Below, piece by piece: positions 10,625 through 18,518 of a stretch of DNA of 64,000 bases; within the stretch, counting starts at the first letter, position 1; every line of letters starts with the position of its first letter. The stretch is from Planctomycetota bacterium (GTDB taxonomy: Bacteria; Planctomycetota; B15-G4; SIAN01), in assembly GCA_031409275.1 (NCBI GenBank), contig JANNXA010000045.1:32001-96000 (forward strand), in the 5' to 3' direction. Under the pieces are notes generated by a model. It made no database searches, was not told the DNA's origin, and was given only the letters and a program-made list of their open reading frames with translations. Position numbers and translations under genes: made by a program.

Positions 10625-12546
10625 GAACTCCCATGAACCGCATGCCCATCGCTTCGAACGTCCAAGGAATGCGCACGCGAAGCCGCGAAGCGGGCTCCAC
10701 GCTCGTCGTCGCGCTCGCATCGACCATGCTCGCCGCGGGCATCGCCTACGCCGGCCTGTCGATCGCCACGACCGGCCAGGCCGACTCGGCGCGCCAGGAA
10801 CTCAAGCTGCGCGCGAAGGCGCTGGCCGATGCCGGGGTGCATCGCGCCGTGACCTTCCTGAACCAGACCACGCACCTGAGCCCGTTCGATCCATTCGCCG
10901 CGGTCGACGCGCTCCTGTTCGACGGTGGCGGAGCGCCGATCGACTACGCGCTGGCGGAGGACGAGCCGCTCACCGTCGGCGGTCGCACCTACGGCAGCTA
11001 CTCGGTCCACGCGTCGGCGATCCAGAACGGGCTCGTGCGCGACGTCACCGTGACCGCGACCGGCTACGTCCCGAACCGCCAGGCGGCCCAGTTCCGCAAG
11101 ACCGTGCAGGCGGTCGTGCGACTCGAACAGCGCCCCGCCGAAGTCTTCGACTACAGCTACTTCATCAACAACTGGGGCTGGTTCTACGGCAGCACGATCA
11201 ACGGCTACGGCAACGTGCGCTCGAACGGACAGTTCGACGCCGCCAACTACTCGCCAGGCGTCTTCGGTGCGCCGCGCTACGAGCAGATGGACCTGACCAA
11301 CCCGTCGCTGCCCGACCTCGTCGGCTACCAGGACGACAACCACGACGGCATCGTCGACGGCACCGACGGCGGGATCTTCGCCGGCTGGGACATCAAGGAC
11401 TCGACCCACGTGCGCGGCCTCGGCGGCGACACGGCGAACCAGCACGACTACGTCGCGCAGGTGCCGATGCCCAACTTGAGCGACCTCGCCGTCTACGAGT
11501 CGATGGCGCTGTCCGCGGGCGCAAGCCTGTCGATCAGCGGCGGCGCCGGCTTCCCTGCGACCCCGGTCACCGACGCGGTGCTCGGGGACGGCGTCGGCGA
11601 GAAGCAGAACCTGGTGCTGATCGGCACCGTCGACAAGCCGATCCTGCTGAACGGTCCGGTCGTCGTCCGCGGCGACGTCATCCTGTCGGGCGTGGTGAGC
11701 GGCCAAGGGTCGATCTACGCCGGCGGCAACGTCTACGTCGCGAAGAACATCACCTACCTCGATCCGCCGACGACCTCGAAGCCGGCGACCAACAGCGAAG
11801 CGGACACCGAAGCGTGGATCGCGGCGAATCACTCGAAGGACTTCCTCGGCCTCTTCGCCCGCGAGCATGTCGTCATGGGCGACTACACGAACTGGATCTG
11901 GCGCTACTACGTCAACTGGTGGATGAACGACTCGATGAACGCCAGCGTCGAAGACGCGGGTCTCGACCAGATCCCGGGCACGCGGGCCGGTCGCGACGGG
12001 ATCATGAACACCGCCGACGATGACATCCTCGAAGGCGATGGCGTCTTCACCGTCGACCGCTACACGCAGGCGCACGCGAACCTCGGCCAGATCCCCGCGG
12101 GCAAGAGCGTCGGCGACGTGATCCCCGGCTCGGGCGAGGACATCGATGGCGACGGCAGCTTCGACGCGACCGCAACGCTCTCCGAGTTCGACCTGCCCGC
12201 CGCGCTGAACAGCGGCCAATGGGCCGGCAACGTGCCGCCTGGCACCGCGAACTTCAGCGAGATCTCGACGCTCGAACTCACCGACGTGAACGCCGCGATC
12301 TACACGAACCACGCCGCCGCGATGGTGACGCTGGCCTGGGGACGCGACTTCAACCTGCTCGGCGCAATCGTCTCGCGCAACGAGTCGATGATCTACGGCA
12401 CCAACAGCATGAACCTCACCCACGATCGCCGGCTCACCGCGGGCGGCGCGTACGGCAGTCTGCTGCCGCGCGAAGTCGTCGCGGCGCGAATCCTCACCTG
12501 GCGCACGCTCGAGCAGGACGTGCACTTCCTCGGAGCCACACCGTGA
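10621..12546 (+). CDS. Large PilX/GspK-like minor pilin with C-terminal Asp-rich domain
   Basis: EAG/STLVVAL (no Glu5), 'AKALADAGV', 'VTATG' PilX N-terminal features; DxDxDG-like loops. Confidence 0.75.
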   Translation: MRTPMNRMPIASNVQGMRTRSREAGSTLVVALASTMLAAGIAYAGLSIATTGQADSARQELKLRAKALADAGVHRAVTFLNQTTHLSPFDPFAAVDALLFDGGGAPIDYALAEDEPLTVGGRTYGSYSVHASAIQNGLVRDVTVTATGYVPNRQAAQFRKTVQAVVRLEQRPAEVFDYSYFINNWGWFYGSTINGYGNVRSNGQFDAANYSPGVFGAPRYEQMDLTNPSLPDLVGYQDDNHDGIVDGTDGGIFAGWDIKDSTHVRGLGGDTANQHDYVAQVPMPNLSDLAVYESMALSAGASLSISGGAGFPATPVTDAVLGDGVGEKQNLVLIGTVDKPILLNGPVVVRGDVILSGVVSGQGSIYAGGNVYVAKNITYLDPPTTSKPATNSEADTEAWIAANHSKDFLGLFAREHVVMGDYTNWIWRYYVNWWMNDSMNASVEDAGLDQIPGTRAGRDGIMNTADDDILEGDGVFTVDRYTQAHANLGQIPAGKSVGDVIPGSGEDIDGDGSFDATATLSEFDLPAALNSGQWAGNVPPGTANFSEISTLELTDVNAAIYTNHAAAMVTLAWGRDFNLLGAIVSRNESMIYGTNSMNLTHDRRLTAGGAYGSLLPREVVAARILTWRTLEQDVHFLGATP

Positions 12547-13061
12547 ACGGGACTGCAACACCGTGGCCACGCGCCGCGCTCGGCGCGTTGCTGGCGCTCG
12601 GCATCGCGCTCCCCGGTGAGGCAGGCGCGCAGAGCTCGGCGCCGTCGACCTCGGGTCGGCCAGCCGAAGCGACGCTGCGACTGCGCGGCAGGAAGCTCGA
12701 CACGCGCGCGAGCCTCTACCCCGGCTCGGCCGATCTCGCCGCGAGCGGCTGGGACCACCGCGATCGCGAGCTGCGTCAGCTCGGCCTCGAGACGGTCGAG
12801 GCGAGCATGCCTGAGATCTTCGACCCGGAAGTGCTGCGAGCCCGGGCGCTCGCACTGCATGGCGGCGCCGAAGTGGAGAGCGCCACCGTGGCGCGCACGC
12901 CGCTCGAGCCGCGCTCGTTCGCGACCGCTTCGGAGCTCGACGCCCCGGCGCCCGCACGATTCGGAGTGGTCACCGGCGGGCTCGTCGCTTTCGCCGGCGC
13001 GCTGCTGCTGCTGGCGGCGCGCCGCAAGCGACGGCTCGCGCGATCGAGCGAGCAACCGTAG
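12543..13061 (+). CDS. Exported protein with C-terminal TM anchor and basic tail
   Basis: GTG overlaps the upstream stop; N-terminal signal peptide; C-terminal TM followed by RRKRR. Confidence 0.55.
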   Translation: MNGTATPWPRAALGALLALGIALPGEAGAQSSAPSTSGRPAEATLRLRGRKLDTRASLYPGSADLAASGWDHRDRELRQLGLETVEASMPEIFDPEVLRARALALHGGAEVESATVARTPLEPRSFATASELDAPAPARFGVVTGGLVAFAGALLLLAARRKRRLARSSEQP

Positions 13062-13069
13062 GAGCCGGC

Positions 13070-13705
13070 TCAGCCGCGGCGCTTCTTCAGCGGCTTTCCG
13101 TCGGCGCTGGTCGGCGGCGCGTCCTTCGCCGTGCCGCCATGCTTCTTGCCTTCGAGCGGCGGGATGCGGCCGTCGGCGAGCGCCTGCGCGAGGTACTCGA
13201 CTTCGCCCTGAATCGTGGTGTCGGCGGTCTTCGGACTCTCCTTGGGATTCAGGCAGAAGAGGTCCCACGCCTCACCCCGCTCGCCATGCTGGCGCACGTT
13301 CCAATCGCCCGACTTCTTGTCGCGCGACAGAGGGAAGAGGACGCAGCGCCACGGCTTGTACTGGAAGCGGTCGCCTTCCTCGGCCCCGACCTTGTGGAGC
13401 ACGCAACCGTCGTTGAAGAAGATGCACCAGCCTTTGCTGACCTTCAGCGTCGGCAGCCCCTCCTTCTCCTGATCGGAGAGCCAGCCGCTCTTCTCCGCCA
13501 GCGCGCGCGCCTCTGGTCGCAGGTGCGGCATGAACTTCGGCAGGTGCTTCGCGATCCGCTGCTGCTCGTGCGGCTCGACCGCCGGTCGGCCGTTCATGCA
13601 GCAGATCCCGCCACACGTCGGATAGACGCAGTCGAAGTGGGCGGTCTTCAGGTTCGCGATCGGCGGCGCCACGGCGAGGGGCACGGCGACTTTCTTCTTG
13701 CTCAC
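13070..13705 (-). CDS. DUF3109/YkgJ-like Cys-cluster (Zn/Fe-S) protein
   Basis: CVYPTCGGICC, WCIF, GCVLH, KPWRCVLFPL. Confidence 0.75.
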   Translation of the reverse strand: MSKKKVAVPLAVAPPIANLKTAHFDCVYPTCGGICCMNGRPAVEPHEQQRIAKHLPKFMPHLRPEARALAEKSGWLSDQEKEGLPTLKVSKGWCIFFNDGCVLHKVGAEEGDRFQYKPWRCVLFPLSRDKKSGDWNVRQHGERGEAWDLFCLNPKESPKTADTTIQGEVEYLAQALADGRIPPLEGKKHGGTAKDAPPTSADGKPLKKRRG

Positions 13706-14301
13706 GAGCGCTCCTTGCGCGAAATCTCGGGTCCGCGCGCGGGCGACAACGGCCGTCCATCGACGCGGCGGGCGTAGACGACCTTGTCGTCGCCGAGGCG
13801 GTAGTAGTCGGGGATGCGAGCGATCTCGACGTAGTTCGCCCGTTCATAGAAGCGGCGCGTCGGCAGATAGGACTCCTTGCCGCCCGTTTCGATGAGGATC
13901 ATGCGACCGCCGGCAACCCGCACGGCATCTTCGGCCGCGCGCAACAGCTGTTGACCGATGCCAACCCCGTGCAGCGTCGGATCGACGGCGATCCAGTAGA
14001 GATCGAAGATGCCGTCGGTGAGCGGCGTGAGGCCCCAGCACACGTAGCCGACCGCACGCGCCGCATCGCGTTCGCCAAGTTCGGCGACGCGGAAGCAATA
14101 GTCGTCGGGAAGCGCGGCGGCACCCGATCGCGCCTTGGCGATCCCCTCGTCGATCAGCTCCATCGCGACCGCCAGCTCGTTGTCGGGGAACGAACCGGTG
14201 GCGCGCAGGATCGCTTCGAGCGGCGCGCGATCGCTGGAATGCAGCTCACGCAACCGGACCGGGCCGGGCAAGCGCGAGGAGGCGGGCGACGAGCTGCTCA
14301 T
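13702..14301 (-). CDS. GNAT family N-acetyltransferase
   Basis: LYWIAVDPTLHGVGIG acetyl-CoA motif A; RRFYER; start ATG 14301 or TTG 14253. Confidence 0.85.
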   Translation of the reverse strand: MSSSSPASSRLPGPVRLRELHSSDRAPLEAILRATGSFPDNELAVAMELIDEGIAKARSGAAALPDDYCFRVAELGERDAARAVGYVCWGLTPLTDGIFDLYWIAVDPTLHGVGIGQQLLRAAEDAVRVAGGRMILIETGGKESYLPTRRFYERANYVEIARIPDYYRLGDDKVVYARRVDGRPLSPARGPEISRKERS

Positions 14302-15271
14302 AGGTAGCCCCGGTGCGACCCCACGCGCGGGCGAAGCCGGCGTCGGGCGATAGGTCGGGATTGGGATTCGCTTCGAGGACGATCGGCGCGTCGGAGCCGT
14401 CGAGCCGCAAATCGATGCGGCCGTAACCCGTGAGCGACAGCGCATGCCACGCCGCGAGCGCGGCGCCCTGCACCCGCGCCGCGACCGCGGGCGCAAGCAC
14501 GGCGTCGACGACGTTCGTGCCGTTCCAGTCGGGGCTGCCCTCGACCCACTTCGACTCGAAGGTGACCAGGCGCGGCCGTCCGGATGGGAACTTGGCGAAG
14601 TCGATCTCGGCCACCGGCAGCACTTGCGGCGCGTCGGCCGTCCCGACCAGCGCGACGTTCAGCTCGCGACCGGCGACGAAGCGCTCGACGAGGGCGGGCT
14701 GCCGATAGGTCTCGACGACGTAGCGCGCACGCGCGCGCGCCGCTGCGACGTCGTCGACCACGCTCGCCGCGGTGATGCCGTGGCTCGCATCTTCGCGCGC
14801 CGGCTTCACGATCCACGGGAACGGCGCACGCGCCGCCAGCGCCGCCAGCAACGCATCGTCGCGAGGATCGCCGCGCTCGAACACGACCCCGTCGGCGACC
14901 GGAACGCCGCCCGCCGCGAGCAACGCCTTCGCCAGTGGCTTGCGCAAACTGAGCGCGCACGCAAGCGAGCGATTCCCGGTGAACGGCAACCCGGTCAGTT
15001 CGAGCAGCGCGGCGACCGCCGGTTCGAGCGCCGCGTCGCCGCGGTAGGACTCGACGAGATTGAAGACGACGTCGGGATGCGCGCGCTGCAGCGCGGCCAG
15101 CAAATCGGCCGGCTGATCGGGCGCCGGTTGCAGCCGCGCTTCGTGGCCCAGCGTGGCGAGCGCCGCCGCGACGGCTCGCGCACAGCTCTGCACGGAGACG
15201 ACCGCGAGCGCATCCTGAGCGGATCCGTGGGCGAGCGCCTCCTCGGCGTTGTGCAGCACGACGACACGCAT
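14246..15271 (-). CDS. D-Ala-D-Ala ligase-family ATP-grasp enzyme
   Basis: VFNLVE, IVKPAREDASHGI, LVERFVAGRE, YGRIDLR, LEANPNP. Confidence 0.85.
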   Translation of the reverse strand: MRVVVLHNAEEALAHGSAQDALAVVSVQSCARAVAAALATLGHEARLQPAPDQPADLLAALQRAHPDVVFNLVESYRGDAALEPAVAALLELTGLPFTGNRSLACALSLRKPLAKALLAAGGVPVADGVVFERGDPRDDALLAALAARAPFPWIVKPAREDASHGITAASVVDDVAAARARARYVVETYRQPALVERFVAGRELNVALVGTADAPQVLPVAEIDFAKFPSGRPRLVTFESKWVEGSPDWNGTNVVDAVLAPAVAARVQGAALAAWHALSLTGYGRIDLRLDGSDAPIVLEANPNPDLSPDAGFARAWGRTGATYEQLVARLLALARPGPVA

Positions 15272-15279
15272 CGCGGCGA

Positions 15280-16272
15280 TCAGCTCCGCGGCAGGCGGGA
15301 GAGCGCCTGGTCGAGGATGCGACCGATCAACCCGTCATGGTCGAGGCCGACGCGCTCCGACATCACGCAGAGGTCGCTCCAACCCGGGTTGACGCCCGGC
15401 AGCGGATTGAGCTCGATGAAACGAGGCACGCCATCGGCTCCGAGCCGCACATCGACGCGACCGACGTCGCGACACTGCAGCGCGCGATAGGCGGCCAGCG
15501 CGGTGCGTTCGACCGCGGCCGTCAGCTCCGGCGCGCGGCGCGGCGGGACGTGGTATTCGACCTGCTCGTCCCAGACGCGCTTCACCTCGACCGAGTAGAC
15601 GAAGTCCGCGGTGACGCCGCCCTTCGGGCAGATCTCCATCGTCGCGAGCACGTGCGCGCGCTCGCCCTGACCGAGGATGCCGACGGTGAACTCCGGCCCG
15701 GTGAGGAACTCCTCGATGAGCGCGGGCTGCTCGTAGCCGGTCAACAGGCGCTCGACTTCACGGCGCAGCGCAGCGTCGTCGTTGCTCTTGCTGGTCTTGC
15801 GCACGCCCATGCTCGAGCCTTCGAACAGCGGCTTGGCGATGCATGGAAACGGCAGTTCGAGAGTCGCGAGCTGCTCGACCGTCGAGACCACCACTCCGCG
15901 CGCGACGGCGACGCCGGCGGCAGCGGCGATGGTCTTGGCCAGCGCCTTGTCGAGGCTGAGCGCGAGCGTCAACGGATCGCTGTGGGTGCAGGGAACGCCG
16001 ACCATCTCGCAGGCGGCCGGCACGTGCGCCTCGCGCGAACGGGTGCCGTGGCCTTCGGCGACGTTGAAGACGAGCTCGGGCGGCCGCTCCAGCAGCGCGG
16101 CGAGGAAGCGCTTGCCGCCGCCCATGCGCCGCGGACGGTGGCCGCGCCGACTCAACGCCGCCTCGATGGCGGCGATCGTGCGATCCGAGTCGTACTCCTC
16201 GAGCCGATCGTCCGGTGCGCCAGCGGCCGCCGTGAAGTCGCTCTTCAGGTCGAATGCGATGCCGATGTCCAC
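15280..16272 (-). CDS. D-Ala-D-Ala ligase-family ATP-grasp enzyme (second paralog)
   Basis: VFNVAEG, KPLFEGSSMG, IEEFLTGPE, GRVDVR, IELNPLPG; GTG start inside the longer track ORF. Confidence 0.85.
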   Translation of the reverse strand: MDIGIAFDLKSDFTAAAGAPDDRLEEYDSDRTIAAIEAALSRRGHRPRRMGGGKRFLAALLERPPELVFNVAEGHGTRSREAHVPAACEMVGVPCTHSDPLTLALSLDKALAKTIAAAAGVAVARGVVVSTVEQLATLELPFPCIAKPLFEGSSMGVRKTSKSNDDAALRREVERLLTGYEQPALIEEFLTGPEFTVGILGQGERAHVLATMEICPKGGVTADFVYSVEVKRVWDEQVEYHVPPRRAPELTAAVERTALAAYRALQCRDVGRVDVRLGADGVPRFIELNPLPGVNPGWSDLCVMSERVGLDHDGLIGRILDQALSRLPRS

Positions 16273-16301
16273 GACCGCCCTTTCGTCCGCTCGCGCTTCG
16301 T

Positions 16302-17774
16302 TCAGGTCGAGTCGCGACGACTGCGGCCGCGGTGCGCCCACTTGCTCTTGCCGACCACGGTCTCGGTGGCCGGTGGCGCCGGCGCGGCTCCGTCCGCAGC
16401 GCTCGACGCCGACGCTGCGACGACCGGCGCTTTGCTCCGACCGCCGCTCTTCTCGCGACCATGGCTGCCATTGCGGCCGTTGCTCGAATGGCCGTTCTGC
16501 TCGGCCGCGTCGGCCGCCGACACCGCGAGTGCCGGCCGCGCGTGGCTGCTGCTCAGCGCGATCGGACCAGCGGCCGGCGTCGCGTTGGCCGAGGCCACGA
16601 GACGGCGGTGCAGGATCTCCTCCTCCGGCAGCTGCTCGAAGTACTCGAAGATGCGCCCCTGGAAGTTGCGCAGGATCGCGCGCTGCTTCTTCGGGTCGTA
16701 GTGGAGCAGGTAGTTGGGATTGACCGGCACCTTGCCGCCGCCGCCGGGCGCGTCGATGACGTACTGCGGCACGGCGAGTCCGGAGGTGTGGCCGCGCAGC
16801 CCCTCCATGATCTCGAGTCCCTTGGCGATGGTCGTGCGCATGTGTTCGCTGCCGCGCACCGGATCGCAGTGGTACACGTAGTAGGGGCGCACGCGCATCT
16901 TCATCAGGCCGTGCATCAACCCCTTCATGGTCTCGACGCTGTCGTTGACGCCCTTCAGCAGCACCGCCTGGTTGTTCAGCGGGATGCCGGCACGCGAGAG
17001 CATGTCGCACGCGCGCGCCGCTTCGGGCGTGCACTCGCGCGGGTGGTTGAAGTGCACGTTCACCCAGAGCGGGTGGTACTTCTGCAGCATGTCGCACAAC
17101 TCGGCATCGACTCGCTGCGGCAGCGAGACGGGCACGCGGGTGCCGATGCGGATGATCTCGAGATGCGGGATGGCCCGCAGCTTGGAGAGGATCGATTCGA
17201 GCTTGCCGGTCGAGCAGGTGAGCGGGTCGCCACCCGACACGACCACGTCGCGCACGGTCTTGGTCTTCGCGATGTAGTCGACCATGCGGTCGATCTCCAT
17301 CTCCGGCACGGCGTCCTCGTACATGATCCGCTTGCGCGTGCAGTAGCGGCAGTAGACCGCGCACGAGTTGCTGATCACCATCAGCACGCGATCGGGATAG
17401 CGATGCGTGATGCCGGGGACGGGCGAGTAGGCCTCTTCGCCGAGCGGATCCTCGTCGCCGACGTCGCGGTAGGTGTACTCCTCCGCGATCGGCACCGCCT
17501 GCCGCAGGATCGGATCGTCCGGATCGTCGGCATCGATCAGCGCCAGGTAGTACGGCGGGATGCCCATGCGGAAGTCGCGCAGCACCTCGCGGCGCACCTC
17601 GCGCTCGCCTTCGGGGATCGGCAGCAGCTTGATCAGCTGTTCGAGGTCCGTGACGCGATTGCGGAACTGCCACTTCCAGTCGTTCCACTCCGCGTCGGAG
17701 ACGTTCGGGTAGTAGTGGGCGCGACCCGTGCGTCGCGCAGCCACTGCGGCAGCGAGCCCGCTGCTCTGGATCAC
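16302..17774 (-). CDS. kamA: Lysine 2,3-aminomutase (KamA family radical SAM/PLP enzyme)
   Basis: WNDWKWQ, HRYPDRVL, CAVYCRYCTRKR, SGGDPL, RIGTRVPV, HFNHPRE, DAPGGGGK (PLP Lys). Confidence 0.9.
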   Translation of the reverse strand: MIQSSGLAAAVAARRTGRAHYYPNVSDAEWNDWKWQFRNRVTDLEQLIKLLPIPEGEREVRREVLRDFRMGIPPYYLALIDADDPDDPILRQAVPIAEEYTYRDVGDEDPLGEEAYSPVPGITHRYPDRVLMVISNSCAVYCRYCTRKRIMYEDAVPEMEIDRMVDYIAKTKTVRDVVVSGGDPLTCSTGKLESILSKLRAIPHLEIIRIGTRVPVSLPQRVDAELCDMLQKYHPLWVNVHFNHPRECTPEAARACDMLSRAGIPLNNQAVLLKGVNDSVETMKGLMHGLMKMRVRPYYVYHCDPVRGSEHMRTTIAKGLEIMEGLRGHTSGLAVPQYVIDAPGGGGKVPVNPNYLLHYDPKKQRAILRNFQGRIFEYFEQLPEEEILHRRLVASANATPAAGPIALSSSHARPALAVSAADAAEQNGHSSNGRNGSHGREKSGGRSKAPVVAASASSAADGAAPAPPATETVVGKSKWAHRGRSRRDST

Positions 17775-18336
17775 CTGGAATCTCCCTGGAATCGCGCGGA
17801 GCGGACGATGCGATGAAGCATCGACTCGCGTGTCAGAGGTGAGCGCGCGACGCCGGCCATGTTGGAACGGCGGATGCAGCGTGACGCGTCGAGACGACGC
17901 GTCGCCATCCGCGACTGCTTCGCGAACGTTGGAATCGGAAGGGGGCGAACCGAGCGCGAGCCGGAACGGATGCGAAGGGGAGCGACGGTCGCGACGAGCG
18001 CGCCGAGCCGACCGCAGCCGGCGACGGCGCGCGTCGTACCTGGAGGTTCGCTCTCGACCGATGCTTCGTCCGCATCGACCCCGAGCGCTCGGATGCGACC
18101 GGCGCTCCGCGAGCCTCGTCCACTCTCCCCGACCACGAGGAGCATCACGTTCGTCCGCGAGGTCTTCCGCAGCGGCCAGCAGCCGCCAAAGCGTTCCCCT
18201 CGATCAACGGCGGGACGTCGCAGTTGCGATTGGCCGACCCGACCCATCGCAAGCTTGTCGAACGAGTCCCGTCCCTCGCCTCGACGGCGACTCGTCGAAC
18301 GAGCGCGCTGGGTCAAGCTCAGGAAGAACGGGCGGA

Positions 18337-18366
18337 ACCATACGGACGTCAGGAGGGGGCTGACAA
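18337..18366 (-). promoter_or_regulatory. Possible sigma70-type promoter for the kamA operon
   Basis: Minus strand TTGTCA-N18-TATGGT. Confidence 0.4.
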
Positions 18367-18518
18367 GCGGCAAGCCGGCTCCAAGTACAAGGTGTTGAGA
18401 ACCTCGCCGCCACGTTTCGCCGAAAGGGCCGCTTGGATGCGCGCTTGAACGGTGCACCGCCGACGTTGAAGCTCACCTGCGAGCCGGACCACGCTCCATC
18501 CACGGATCGCCCCACTTC

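Noticed and set aside
14246..16272. Housekeeping ddl or graspetide (RiPP) ligases
   Set aside because: They lack the N-terminal GGxSxE motif and mur context of true Ddl, and no precursor peptide is visible
17771..18457. 228-aa ORF whose stop overlaps the kamA GTG
   Set aside because: Arg/Ser-rich with no family signal or good RBS; treated as non-coding leader, although a translated leader cannot be fully excluded
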